DNA of 64,000 nt from Botryllus schlosseri (taxonomy: Eukaryota): assembly GCA_051294905.1 (NCBI GenBank), contig CM119372.1, forward strand, positions 33,790,001-33,854,000, read 5' to 3'. This document shows, one piece after another, positions 1-12,775 of the stretch. The notes below the pieces were generated by a model. That model saw only the letters and a list, made by a program, of their open reading frames with translations, did not search any database and was not told the origin of the DNA. The position numbers were made by a program, and so were the translations under genes. Numbering within the stretch: the stretch's first letter is position 1; each line of letters starts with the position of its first letter.

Positions 1-1104
1 ACGGTAAGTCTTAATGTTAGTAACAAGTTTGAAGTTTGTCGCTGAACTATGTGAGTGGTAATTTCGTTTCCCAAGTCGAGTGAGAGCTGACTCTTTATTC
101 ATCGCTAAAAGATTAACGCAAAAGCCGCAATTGGTCTCTATTGATTTTAACGATGCTTCATACCTAGATCTGTCATGAGCTTTTGCACAGTATGTCTTGA
201 TTTTAGTATCGAGCGCGGTGCCAAGTCTCAACGTTGACACTCAATGATTGAGGCAGTTAGTTCGTCTTCAAGGTCGAGTGTGGTAGAGATGCGCGCTGAT
301 CTGATAGGCTATTTACCTTCATCATTGCGGATCTCACGCAAAAGCCGGTGTCGGTCTGTGCTAATTTATTCTGCGTTCGATAGCGAGATCGATGGTATAT
401 CTCGATGATCGCATGAAACAGCTAACTAAGATTCTCGGTTGCAGTCAAATATCCACATACTTTTATGTTCCCCAATGTTCATTTCACTGTGAAATTGTGG
501 CCTTCAACCATTTGCTTACAATCCCCTGTCAAATGCGATAGCTATTTCATTTTCGATGTCGGCCAAAAGCTGATCACTCGATCACCCTATTCCTCGATCT
601 ATTTACTCAAATTTCGGTGTTCGTCTGTCTGTATTGATTTTGACAGTGTACCATGCCGGAATGGGTCATGAGATTGCGTATGCTACTTCTCGATGATGTC
701 ATGTAACAGTGTACCAAGTTTACGGCTTTCAGTCATGTATTTATTGATTACTAGATTTTCCAACGGCGATTTCACAGCAAATTTACAGACAGTAAGCCGT
801 ATGTGTTGTGTCACAGTCTCCAGTTTCAAGGCCAAAATATCCTATGTTGTTCCAAGACCGACGTTCCGGGGCTGCTATCCTTAGTCCTTGAAAGACCATT
901 AAAAATGATGTTTTGGATTCAATATGACAGGCCCAATCTATGAGATAACAATTGCATACGTGTCAGTGGTCCGAACTAGTTGACCTATCCAGTTCGGCTT
1001 ACGCAATCTCTCGAGTTCTAGTCATTAGAATTAGTAAGGTCAAGTGCGAACATGAATCGTGTTGAATCATTGATCAGTACGTAGTTACGCAGTTGCCTTT
1101 AGAG

Positions 1105-2129
1105 CAGGGGCGGGCAACATACGGCCCGCGGGCCGGATCCGGACCGCGAAGGGATTTTGTCCGGCCCGCGGACAGTTTTCCGTATTACATGATAGTGTGG
1201 CCCGCGGCCCAAGTCTTCCGAGATTCCCCACTGCTTGCTCGCATACGTCAAATTTTAGTGACAGTATGCCATTATACACATGTATGCGCAGGGAGTGGGG
1301 GTGGAGCTTACCCGTAAGTTCGTCGAAGCGACAAGACTTATTGCATTATCGGCATTTACGGTGTACTCAACCCTAATTCCATTTGTTGTAATCATGGTGT
1401 TTGTCGACTGCAATGGTCATTTACATCAGGCCGATATTTCTTATTTTTGATTCCGTAACCGTCGACTTGTAGTACGGCACACTTCTAGGCTTCTGTAAGA
1501 CACCGCTTATGCCAGGGGTCGCCAACTCAAAACGGGTCGGGGGTAATGTTCCCTCTAAGCTGCGCACTTGCGCAGTGCTGACATGGTCTCTGCGCACAGA
1601 AAATCTAGCTTGCGCAAAAAAATCCTAATTGATAACCTTTTTCTTAGTCGTTACGCACTATTTTCCAAGGGTCTGCGCAGTGAGGGGCCACTTTCAAATT
1701 TCGTAGAGGCCGCGGGCCGAATGAATTCAATATCGAAATAAAATATTCCACATAGTTGAACAACCACGCTATCCCGCCACCTACTAAACCCTAATTAATT
1801 GATATCTTGGTAAATTTGGGGTACCGGGCTTATCGAACGCTTTGAAATCTCAATTAAGAATTGCACCGCGTATTGATTGATCAGAGAGGAGCAGACATGG
1901 TGGTGCCTGTATGACAATGCTGTTCTCAAATCCACATTGTCTTCATCATTATTGGCGGGAAATGGCTTTGAAATTACATTGCTGTCGTTAAAATACATTC
2001 ATTAAATACGATTTATTCCTTGTATATGTGAATAAATGGGTGCATAATGTATTGAATCAGCAATCCGGCCCGCGAAGTTCTTAATTTTCCTATATCACGA
2101 CCGCCGACTGGAGAAGTTGCCCGCCCCTG
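1105..2129. mobile_element. Non-autonomous hAT element (Buster/Charlie-like) with nested fragments
   Basis: TIR CAGGGGCGGGCAAC / GTTGCCCGCCCCTG, flanks CTTTAGAG / ATTTAGAG (7/8 TSD), subterminal GGCCCGCG repeats. An additional hAT-type end CAGGGGTCGCCAAC starts at 1513. Confidence 0.85.
1544..1693. mobile_element. Degenerate short hAT MITE nested in 1105-2129
   Basis: Left end TAATGTTCCCTCTAAGCTGCGCA, decayed right end TGCGCAGTGAGGGGCCACT, repeated TGCGCA motifs. No TSD verified. Confidence 0.45.
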
Positions 2130-3265
2130 ATTTAGAGCGAAAATTAGAGGCCTAGAAATTGTCCATTGATCCATTGATGCCTATCACCTGGTCGTAACAC
2201 ACCAGGGTCGTGTACGAAGCACTTTCGGACTGGCTTAGCAAAACTAGGGCCTATCTACTGAGGATGGCCTGGTGATTGATTCGTGGCATAGAGACGATTC
2301 TTAGTTCACGTACATTTTGTAAAAAAAATTATTAAAACATTTGTTACCACACTTCAAGTCACGGCTCACCGGCTAACCTCTCGCGGCAACTACGTTGAAA
2401 TCACTGTTGTCGGGAAATTCATGTGACCATCAGAACGTTACTTTTTTTACGTTGGAAAACGCCATTGTGACATCATGTCGATAAAAGTCGCTCGCAGCCC
2501 CTGCCCGACCAACAGATATTGTCACGAGCCGCGAGTGCCGGGTGTACACTGTACAAATTCGGGTTTGTGATTCTTTATGTTCCGGCTATTTGGAAACCAA
2601 CTTTTGTGATATGCGGATCGAACGTGAAAACAAGTCTTGCCTCCTCTGGGTTAACGATGGGATGAGAGTCTGTCAAGTTTGTACGATAGAGTCGATTGTG
2701 GGCTGTGGCGTTAATAAATTCGCACGAACAGGTGTCGCATGTATTACATGCTGAAATGTCGATTTTCACCGTTTTGCATGCTCAAATGTCGGGAAACCAT
2801 TTGGGACATCTGCATTAGCATTCCACACGAAAACTTTAGCAGTAGCCTAAGCCAATCCACGTCCACCAAATGAAACATACTCACTATGAAGATTTTTGAA
2901 AGAAGATTGTGTGAAGTGAGTAATTCCAGTGAAGCGCAAGTCCAGCTCTAATAAACTTCTAGGAAGTAGCCCTGGAAACAATTAGGACGGATCATCAATA
3001 CACAGAACTCGCGCATTTTAGCATGCATATAAATTAAGGGTCGGACTATACCCGAGTGTGTACTGCACAATATCGTATCACAGACCGGATATGAACATCG
3101 ACGGGTATGTGCGTTCAGTTCGTACTTGCCTACCAAAGTAGTCACTTATAATACATATTAAAAGGGGAGCTGTGGTCTAAAAATGAAGTGGTGTCAAATT
3201 GAAGCACAGATCGAAAAAAAAAATTGGACGCAACCATTTTCGTCGGAAAGCCACCGCAATGGAGC

Positions 3266-3836
3266 CAGGGTTGTAACCAAGTCACAAGGTGCCCAGTCAC
3301 AAGTCAATCTCACTTTTATAGTTTTGACCCGAGTCAAGTCGAGTCATTTGCAATTCACCACCGAGTCAAGTCCGAGTCCAAGTCAGCTAGTAGAGGGTCG
3401 AGTCCGAGTTAGCAGTGTTTTGACTCGTGTCCGAGTCCAAGTCATATGTTCACTGTTCACTGTTCAGTTTTCAGTTTAATCCGGTTTAATCCACTATTTT
3501 CAATTCTGCTTGAGTGATATAGAATGGGTCAAATTGGTAATATAGTAGTTTTCCTTAGTCTTAACAGTTTCTGTCCCTATTTCCCAAGTATCAGGACTGA
3601 TAGACGAAATACCAATAATGTGGTAACTTTACTATTCTTCGAAGATACACTGAAATGTCTGTATTGGCCGTCCTAGTCTCGAGTCAATGACTTGGTTCGA
3701 GTCATATACAATGACTCGAGTACAAGTCGAGTAAATACAAATATTGGCTCGAGTCGAGTCATTTTACGCATTTAAAGAAATGACTCGAGTCAAGTCGAGT
3801 CACCAATAAATCACGACTCGATTCATTACAACCCTG
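3266..3836. mobile_element. hAT MITE, 'GACTCGAGTC' family, copy 1
   Basis: TIR CAGGGTTGTAA / TTACAACCCTG, perfect 8-bp TSD AATGGAGC, body rich in GACTC/GAGTC motifs. Confidence 0.95.
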
Positions 3837-4698
3837 AATGGAGCTGCAATTAAATAAATTTTTGCATAAGATTCGTTACGCTCCAGCCACCGGGTTTCTT
3901 TACCCGATGCGAAATTTGTGGCGGCATATCTTAACCGTCGCACTTGCTCGACGCGACCGCCATATTGTAGCTTCATTTCTTTGTGCAGTACGTGGAAAAC
4001 ATGATGTGTCACTCACTCTGCTTCCACAATGCATATGATACAACGGCACGGACTCTCAATGCTACTTGCAACATATGTATGTATTTGCATAATCACCATA
4101 CTGGTCAAGGCTCGGTTGTGGTTGTACAGGTACTGTGCTGTACTATGCTAGTGTCCTATGATCTGACACTAGCCAAGATTGAACAATGAACATTCTCGAG
4201 GACACATTCAAATTCACTATAAATATTAGAAACAGCTGGCCCCTGCAGGGAATCATCCGAATGAAGTCACAGTCGCCGAATACGTTCTTGGCCAACGGAT
4301 ATTGTCACAGTACCTTACTGCATGCACTACAAAAATGTTAGTAGCTCAGATCCATAATAATGAGGCATATTCGGCACCACCTTCGTTTTATCATTTTTGT
4401 TAATTTTGCATTAGTTAATATACTAAATATCCACATGACGGTAACTGCCCCCCTCCCGAGCTCGAAGGGGGCCCAAATTATTTCGTGATTTCTTTTCAAT
4501 TTATGCAACAGCTGGGTCCCTACGGTGGTCCGTACGGGGGGCTCAAGACCAACGTTAGGGGGGGGGGGGATGATGAAGTGTTATCACGGTCTTGATTATA
4601 CATCTATATTAACTCCCCATTCAATCGAACGGCATATGTTGCAAGTGGCATTGAGAGTCCGTGCTGTTGTATCATTTGGAAGCAAACTGTGTTTACCA

Positions 4699-4988
4699 TA
4701 GAGTTACCAAATTTGTGAAATCTGAAAAGGGAACACATTTTCGAAATTGGGAAATCTACTCCGAAAAAAGGTCGACTTTCTGGCTCAACTCTCTATTGAC
4801 CCGCCAGACCGTGACTTGAGTGCTGATTTCCTATATCACAGTCCAATTCTCACGTACATTTACCCGACATTTACAAAAAAAGAGGTCAAATTGTCAAACA
4901 AGGGGACATTTGGGCGTCCTCCGAGGACAATTTCAAGAAAGTAAAAAAGAGGACAAATCCTCTTAAAGGAGAACGCATGGTAATCCTA
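4699..4988. mobile_element. hAT MITE, 'TAGGGTTACCA' family, copy 1
   Basis: Ends TAGAGTTACCA / TGGTAATCCTA, perfect TSD GTTTACCA, GAGGACA subterminal repeats; nested in the Kolobok-like element. Confidence 0.9.
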
Positions 4989-5429
4989 GTTTACCACATA
5001 CTACATAAAGAAATTGGTCTACAATATGGAGGTCGCGTCGGGCATGTGCGACGGTGAAGATATCGCGCCAGAAATTTCGAAACTGGTTAAGAAACGCGGT
5101 AGCTGCAGCGTAACGAATCTTATGCAAAATTCATTCAATTACCGCTCCATCACGGCGGCTTCCTGAAGAAAATGGCGGCGGCCAAAATTATATTTTTGAT
5201 CTGTGCTTCAATTTGATACAACATCATTTCTAGAGTGCAGTGCCCCTTTAAGTCGTTATGATCTTTGACTATACTTCCTTCTCCACTTTTGTAAAGTAAT
5301 ATCAAGTTTGGAGACATGTCTGTCTGACTTCTACGAGTGACCTTGTCATGACAACTAAACCAACGAGCACCTGTATCACGGTAACTGAATATATTTCCTA
5401 ACGCTACACCTTGTTTGTTACGTTATTGC

Positions 5430-5771
5430 AAGGGTTACCATATGTCTCTTTTAGAAGGATTTGTCCTCCTTTTTCAGGTTATCTAAAATGTCCTTCGAGG
5501 ACACCCAAATGTCCTCTTTTTGGGGAATTCGTTCTCCTTCATAGTTTTGACATCAAGGCCTTTCGTCAGGTAAAACTAAACGCGTCATAAATAACACGAC
5601 ATCTGTAATATGGATGATCGAGCGGGTCTTTCGGGGGTAGGACTGGAAAAATGACATTTTTTTAGTAAAAATTTTGGAATCAGCAGTTTTATGAGTCTTT
5701 TATCCCTGCAATCTAACTTGTGATTTGTAAAAAGTGTCCTGCTTCCCGTATCCGAAAATATGGTAACCTTG
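5430..5771. mobile_element. hAT MITE, 'TAGGGTTACCA' family, copy 2
   Basis: Ends AAGGGTTACCATA / TATGGTAACCTTG, flanks GTTATTGC / GTTATTGG, TGTCCTC repeats. Confidence 0.8.
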
Positions 5772-7400
5772 GTTATTGGTGATTTTGTGTTGGTCCCTGC
5801 ATTTTCGAAACTGGCCACCCGGTTGATTGCTGAAGGTATGCGACCCATCTACCAAATTTACGTATGAAACGACATATTTCAGTGCTTTTCAGTTATTATT
5901 TTTCATATCTACTTGACTCAGGTTTGACATTTCTTTGGAACTGCTTCTTCTATATGTAATTGGGCAGCAGTTTGCTGATGGCATGACTATCGACTTATAC
6001 ACCTTTTTTTGTCACGCATATGCTATTCAGACCCCAGTAGGTAGCCCCGACCCCGGGGGGTGCGACTACGGACTGGAAATCACTGGCCTGTGCGCTATGA
6101 TTTGATTTACAATAATATTTACATGAACTTATTTTACATACGGGGCTGAGGGGCCGATCAATATTGTGCGACAACGTCGTACATGACATAATGACATATT
6201 GGACATTAAGTATTTGAATGTAGACATCGCGGAGGAATTCTCACGTTCTCCACAACGACATGCCGCACCGTAGGACTCGTGTTCACTACATTATCGCCTA
6301 GAAAATGTTCTGGGAATACGAAATTGGATCAGATACGTCTTACTGCTCGGACAGCAATTTGGCTGGATAGCTTTCAATTGACCGAGAACACAAATACAAA
6401 ATACAAATACCACCTCTAATTCTAATAAATATATTGATTTTCAACTTCGATGTTATTTCTCATAGCATTTCTCACAGCATTCCTTCTTGCTATATGGGAT
6501 TTCTCGCTATGTGTTAGTTCTTTGTATATTCTCTTTAACCGCCGTGCAACAGATCAATAGGTGATAAGAATCGGTTTATTCATACTGAACCGATACCTGC
6601 GGCAAATTCGATATAATGAACCGAAGTTGGCATCATTCTAAGACATTTTCATTTCCGCGGCTTATATACTTACACTTTGCATTTAAAATAAACGGTATTT
6701 TAAAAGATTTTGTTTAAAACAAGTTTGAAACAGTGTTTTAAATAAAGACCTTTAAAAAGATGTGTTTTTTAAGTTGTAAAATTAAGCCATAATTGTGTGA
6801 ACACTTTATAAAAACATTTCTTTATGAGCCTGCGGACAATTACCACCCGTTATAGCCGATGTATATCTTATATTTTTAATTGTCAATGCCAACCCACTAT
6901 GACGTCACAATTGAATATCCGTTACTTCATGGCTTTAAAAAAAACATGTTTGAAATTAGGGCCTTGTTTTAAACATGTTTGTTTTAAATTGATTTTTGTT
7001 ATAAATTCAACCCTACTCACAGTCATATGTATACTGAAAAATTGGGAGGTGCATTCGAATATTTTACGGGGAGCGAATTCTTTTAAACAATGACCTGACG
7101 CTGTGAAAACAGACGACGTTACGATATCCATTTCCCAAATTCGGCTACGTCTTGTATATACTACATCGCAAGTCCTTTATATACGGCGGTAGGAGCGTAT
7201 AAGAAAGATATATTACACAGATTGTAGCTCCGGAAATAATGTTATGGGGTGGAATCCAACCACGCGAAATAATTGAATTCGTTGACTAAGCTTCTCGATT
7301 CGAACCATTCCAATCAATATTCGACTCGGTTTCGAACTATCTTTGTCGAATCGATGTGCCACACTCACAAGCTACATATATATAATGCAGTATCTCTCAC

Positions 7401-7594
7401 TTGAGTCGATTTCCCTTATTTGGTCGTTGTAAGACAAGTTCAAATGCTTGAGTTTCGACATAGCAGACACGTTCGGAAAATGGGCCAGCAAATTCGAATT
7501 CAGAGATAGCCGCGACAAACTGGTCGACATTCGCACCCACGAATTCGGTTCGATCACGCGAAGATAATTTTTCGAGAGGTCCAATTTTCGTAAC
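7401..7594 (-). CDS. Internal coding exon of the same LRR protein (LRR3-5)
   Basis: Acceptor atttaaattcag|G and donor TCAA|gtgag. 194 nt encoding (R)LRKLDLSKNYLRVIEPNSWVRMSTSLSRLSLNSNLLAHFPNVSAMSKLKHLNLSYNDQIREIDS. The split codon AG+G restores Arg and keeps LRR periodicity across a 5859-nt intron. Confidence 0.85.
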
Positions 7595-8050
7595 CTGAAT
7601 TTAAATATATCCCGGTGATGTCCATCAACATTTGAAAATGGAAGCTCTATGTGTAGTAGCAGGCGCGTATAACCAGTCGGAAAAAGACTGCACACAAAAT
7701 CCTTTAGATCGCTCGCGGGCCGGATTACTCAAAAGATTCTAAAATGTCACCTCAAAATCCATGCCCGTGTTTTTTACTTGAACACCTTATTACCAAGCCT
7801 ATACACGTGATATTATATTATATTACTAGCAAGAGGCTCCCTTCTCGCAACACCTTTATTCGCAGACAATGGGATTGACAAAACTAGCATGGTTAGCCGG
7901 TTGAATATAGTTATACACCCCTGAAATAGTGGCTCTAGCGACTATATAAATTTGCATATTTCTATGCTTCCTTTGCTATAGTCGAAATCCATCATTAGCC
8001 ATTGGTATGCGTTGTGAGGAATACAAGAGATTCGTCCGTATACGCTGACG

Positions 8051-8555
8051 CAGGGTTGTAATGACTCGACTCGAGTCAGAATCGAGTCACAATTTTCTGA
8101 TGACTCGACTTGACTCGAGTCATATTCTCAAAATACGAAAATGACTCGACTCGAGTCATATGACTCGAGACTCAGACGACCAAGACCGACAATTCATTTT
8201 GATTTCGAAGAATAGCAAACTAGCCACCCTATTGGGATTTCATCTATCGATACTGGTACTTGAAAACGCGACCAGAAAATGTTAAAAGTGAGGAAAATTA
8301 GTAGATTATAAACGCGAACCATTCGATATCACCAAACAGAGTTATAAAAGTCGAGTTAACAAGGCTTTATAACTGGGAACTGAGAAGTCAACACAATCAC
8401 TTGGACTCGGACTCGAGTCATATTACCATGCTCGATGACTTGGACTCGGACTTGACTCGATGGTGAATTGAAAATGACTCTACTTGACTGGAGTCAAAAC
8501 TATAAAAGTGAGATTGACTTGTGACTCGGAGCCTTGTGACTTGGTTACAACCCTG
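8051..8555. mobile_element. hAT MITE, 'GACTCGAGTC' family, copy 2 (opposite orientation)
   Basis: Same TIR, perfect TSD CGCTGACG; lies in the LRR gene intron. Confidence 0.95.
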
Positions 8556-10161
8556 CGCTGACGTTGGAATTTTGTTCACTAGGATTAAATCGCGATTCAG
8601 GTTTCTATGGAGGCCAGGGACCCTTTGAGCCAAAACGGTTGCAGCAGTGTGACATCAAGTATTTAAATGACATTTTATGACTATTATATTCTCCATGTAA
8701 CCTGCGCATAACGGTTTCGTGTTGATGTTTCCACTTGTGTGAAGAATTAATTTTTGGTGCATTTTTTCCCAAATCTCTGACCTCAGTGACCACATTTTCC
8801 CATTGTGGAATTGGATGTCAATGCCAGGTACTTGGTTCCTAATCGTGATTAGAGTGAAACCATAACACCGCTGTCGGGTGGTTATAATGTCGCCTATGAA
8901 CATACTCGACATTTGCTGTTGGAATAATTGATGGAAGTATTTCTTCCTAAAAATATAAGCATTTGTTAGATATGTGCTGAATAATTACGACTGTTCTTTA
9001 CATTTCCTCAAAATTGCTTCGCGGGCCGTATGTTTGAAACCCCTGATACATTGTGTTCAGGCATGTCTGAATGGAGATTTTTCCCACGTTCTACCTTGAG
9101 TGGGGGCTGTGATAGAGTTTTCATAAAGTCATCGCTGATTAATGAAACAAAGTTATGGCGCAGACTAGCTAGAAAATACGGTAGTAAATTGCATTTAAAA
9201 CGATGCTGTTATACATCGCAATTAAAATACTTTCCACACTAAAATAGCCGACCACAATACAATGAAAAAGCATGTAAAATACACAGGGGACTCAAATCTC
9301 GAAATATTTTTTGTCGTACTATACTAATGAGGCAAGTGAATGATATGGTTTCACGCGTCTAGCGGTGCATATTGGAATCATTCCAGCACATAGGGGGAAA
9401 GGGATGAAAAACATATACACATGGGTCGTTACACTAAAAGGTTTCGTGATCATGACTGCAATTAACATAACAGCCAACCTCTGAAATTGGACACCACGCA
9501 GGCTTCGGCCTTCGATGGCGAACTGTTGACTGAAAACTTGTAACTAATCCTTTATAATTTCGCGGCGGCTTATATATAATCCTCCGCGTTTCAACGCGGC
9601 AGGCCGTAGAGAATATTCTAAAAGGTAGGCCTTCATTCACATCAATATGCGAAGGTCGGACTTCAATCATTTGGGATCGAAGTGACGGGTAGGCTAAATT
9701 AGATCAATCCGAGACTGAAAACACCTTCATTTTTATAAAATCATGCTCACTCGTCCTCTTCGGCCACAGAGTGTGGCATTTTAAAATGTGCAATTTGTTC
9801 CCGATTCATATCTCAATTCCAAAGATCTGCAGATATGATCAATGGACATAGATTTGGATTTGCATTAGAAAAGAAAAACACCGGAAAAGTTTCTGCTAGG
9901 ACTGGGGCGTAGTATTGCTAGTCAGTTCCAATTTCCATGTGATGTTGAACAAATTTAAGGTATTACCGTATGCTATACCTTATGGATTTGGATCTAAATC
10001 AGACATCGGATACAGGACTTTCGCATTCATATTTTTAAATCGGCTCATCTCAGATAGGATGGTCGACGTATTTTAACGATATTGGAGTAGAAGTATGGCT
10101 AGCCAGTTTTATGACATACGGAATCTACTTGAAGCAGACAATAAAGGTACATGCTTTAGTG

Positions 10162-10971
10162 CAGAGGTCCTAAACCGGGGGTACGTGAACTCCTAGGTGT
10201 CCACGAAGCATTTTCAGGGGGGCGCGAACCTCCAAATTTGCAAAATGGTTGACAACATAATTTGAATTTTTTTCAAATTAGAGAAATCACGAGGCAGTTT
10301 CGCTTCATAACTTCTAAATCTTCATAACTCGCAAAAACATCGTCGGAGATGAATTATTGTAATATTCAAACTGATTTTAATTGCCTAATTGCCAATAGCC
10401 TACTGATATAAACATATTGCTGTTTAGATATGTTCAGTTAGGGTTTTGGAAAAAAATGTGTTCGCAAAAATCCATATTCTCGGAGAATATACGCAGCCGC
10501 TATTCCAGAATAACCTCAAGTTAAGATGCTTGATAGAAATAACTATGCTGGACGTTATATGTTCACTATAGATCTTTTTCTTAATTTGGGTGCCACATAT
10601 GTTGCGATCATACCCAAAGGTGTCGTCGGAATCGTTGCGGGTACATTCGCCACACCTATTTTATAGAAATAGATATTCGACATTCGTTCACATCAAATGG
10701 ACGGCGCGGATTTTCAAGACACGACCACGGATTTGAAGAAATTTAGCTACGAAATTCGTATTGAAATAATAAAATCCTTCCCAATTTCGACATAAATAGT
10801 GTTATTTTCAAGACTGGTCATTTTGTTGCTTTTATTACTCGCCTACAGTTGATATTTGCAAAGGACAGATGTACGATAATGGAGGTAAATTTGAACTAAA
10901 ACTTGGGGAGTCTGAGGGGTTCTGCGACGGTCCAAAGGGGTCCGCGAAGACAAAAAGGTTGAGAACCACTG
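10162..10971. mobile_element. Non-autonomous Buster/Charlie-like hAT element
   Basis: Ends CAGAGGTCCTAAACC / GGTTGAGAACCACTG, flanks CTTTAGTG / CTTTATTG (7/8). Confidence 0.8.
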
Positions 10972-11255
10972 CTTTATTGTTTTCCTAAGTAAGTAAAAGT
11001 AATAAGAGCGACGTAAGTGTTGTAACGTCAGAGGAACTGGTCTGTAAACGAAATAACTTAGGTAGTGAGCAGAGGAAGCGTATGCTACAGACTAGAAAAG
11101 TGTTAACTACTCGGGGTCATTCAAGTCGGCGATGAACTGACCCTATAAGTTCCAGAGCGGAGCGCGAGCCGCGCTTTCAAATATTAGGATAGGTTGCTGG
11201 AGTATAGGAATTGAGATTCAAACTTGCGGCCGGGTTCCATTGTGAGGAAATATGA

Positions 11256-11307
11256 ATGCTTGCGACATCAAATTATGCCGCATGCTTGCGACATCAAATT
11301 ATGCCGC
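11256..11307. repeat. Perfect 26-bp tandem duplication
   Basis: ATGCTTGCGACATCAAATTATGCCGC x2. Confidence 0.95.
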
Positions 11308-11462
11308 AAAGAAGCCTTCATAATCCCAAAGAAACTTGGACTAATATTAGTCCACAAATTGAATGTCATTCAGCATTTTCTCCAAGTGCAGATTTCTACA
11401 CTCTATACATGGACATGTCAGCAGTGGAGCGCGACCGAGATACGTCTCCGTTGACATATCAG

Positions 11463-12775
11463 AAGGCCGTGTTATTTTGGGCAAATGCCAAAACTGCCAA
11501 AAATAACTTATTTTTGGCATTTTTCGATTTTTATTTTTTGCAGTTTTGGCATCATCCTCTAAATAGATAGTTTCAGCCTCGAATTAGTCACAAAAACGCT
11601 TTATTTGGGCTAGTTTGTCAAAAGACACCACAAAATGTGCAGCATCCACGTATAATCAGTGCCAACAAACAATAAGAAGAAAAAACCTAACGATTTCATA
11701 GGTTAATAATATCAAACGAAACCACAAAATGTGCAGTATCCATCGGAATCGGTGCCAATACGCAAAAAAAAGCCTAACAAACACGCTCAACAGCTGATTG
11801 TTACAGCTGTTGAATAGACTTGAATCGTTTGCACTGTAACAGTGCTTACAAAATCAGGTCAGCCCAGTTTCTCCTAAATTCATTTCTCGCCCAGCAAATC
11901 TGGGAAATATCGGCTTCAACAGTAACCGTTGAGGGAAAGAATGTTGCCAGTCATCCACAAAAAGTTTTCAGAGCTTCAAAATCTTTGGAGGGCCGAACCG
12001 GCTTCCATGCATCATGAAAAGAGATCACTTCGCCAGTGCCATCGATCTCATCGCGGAAGAAATTTTCTTCCCGATCCTTTTCCAGGAGTTTCCTGTGTTG
12101 CCTCTCAACACATTCTATTTAGTAGCCAGACTATCATTTCTCCTTCAGTCTATCGATATATTTTCGGAGGACTTTTGTCACTTCAGGGGGCTTTAATATT
12201 ACCAACTCGCATGGAAGAGTCCTGAAGTCCTGTCTGGCAAAACGAGACTATGCAGCTCAGAAATAGCCAGACAGTTTGTTGCGTCACAATGTTAAACTCG
12301 ATCACAATGCAAAAATCGTGGCTGATTTTGGGGGTTCCAGTTCCATGAGCAGAATATAATTTATATTTTAATAATCAGTACTGCGGCAGATTCTCATTGA
12401 TACCCGTTTTATCAAATTTAGCGCTTGACAAGCCGGTCAAAAATGGTCGTAAAATTGCCTTTGGACAAATGGAAAGTATGACGTAAACCAAATGCAGTCA
12501 GCCGTTCAATCTCGCTGTGCCCACACCATTTAGGACACCATGCTTTCACCCCTAATGGGTGGGCTGGACCCAGATTAAGAAACCTGCCTTTAACAAACGC
12601 TCTTCTCGCTTGTAACGCAGTCCTGTTAACACAACACCATGAACGAAATACACTATTTGGCAGGCCGTGTTATTTTTGGCATATGCCAAAAATTGCTTAT
12701 TTTTGGCATTTTCAAATTTTTATTTTTGGCAGTGTTGGCATCTGGCTCCTGAAATGCCGAAAATAACACGGCCTG
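11463..12775. mobile_element. Deleted hAT-like transposon with a duplicated internal terminus
   Basis: TIR (A)AGGCCGTGTTATTTT / AAAATAACACGGCCTG, perfect TSD CATATCAG (11455-11462 and 12776-12783). A second copy of the left end starts at 12661. Confidence 0.9.
11801..12217 (-). pseudogene. Decayed hAT-like transposase C-terminal (dimerization) region
   Basis: Single frame of 139 codons with 5 internal stops: LPCELVILKPPEVTKVLRKYIDRLKEK**SGY*IECVERQHRKLLEKDREENFFRDEIDGTGEVISFHDAWKPVRPSKDFEALKTFCG*LATFFPSTVTVEADISQICWARNEFRRNWADLIL*ALLQCKRFKSIQQL*. The 'PST..VE..(F)S' motif fits hAT dimerization domains, and the segment lies inside a TIR/8-bp-TSD element. Confidence 0.75.

Larger units (their letters stand above)
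3162..5247. mobile_element. Kolobok-like non-autonomous DNA element with long imperfect TIRs
   Basis: TTAA at 3158-3161 and 5248-5251; ends (A)AGGGGAGCTG / CAGTGCCCCT. The left arm (3162-3265 plus 3837-~3990, split by a MITE) is the inverted homologue of ~5000-5247 over roughly 250 bp. Confidence 0.7.

Noticed and set aside
2575-2750. Phase-1 acceptor and Cys-rich open frame (CNTCDTCSCEF...) as the next LRR-gene exon
   Set aside because: The phase fits, but the peptide does not continue the LRR pattern or an LRR-CT motif, and the donor is poor.
3266-3836. GACTCGAGTC arrays as a CRISPR-like or satellite array
   Set aside because: There is no constant repeat-spacer period; the arrays are bounded by TIRs and 8-bp TSDs and recur as a MITE family.
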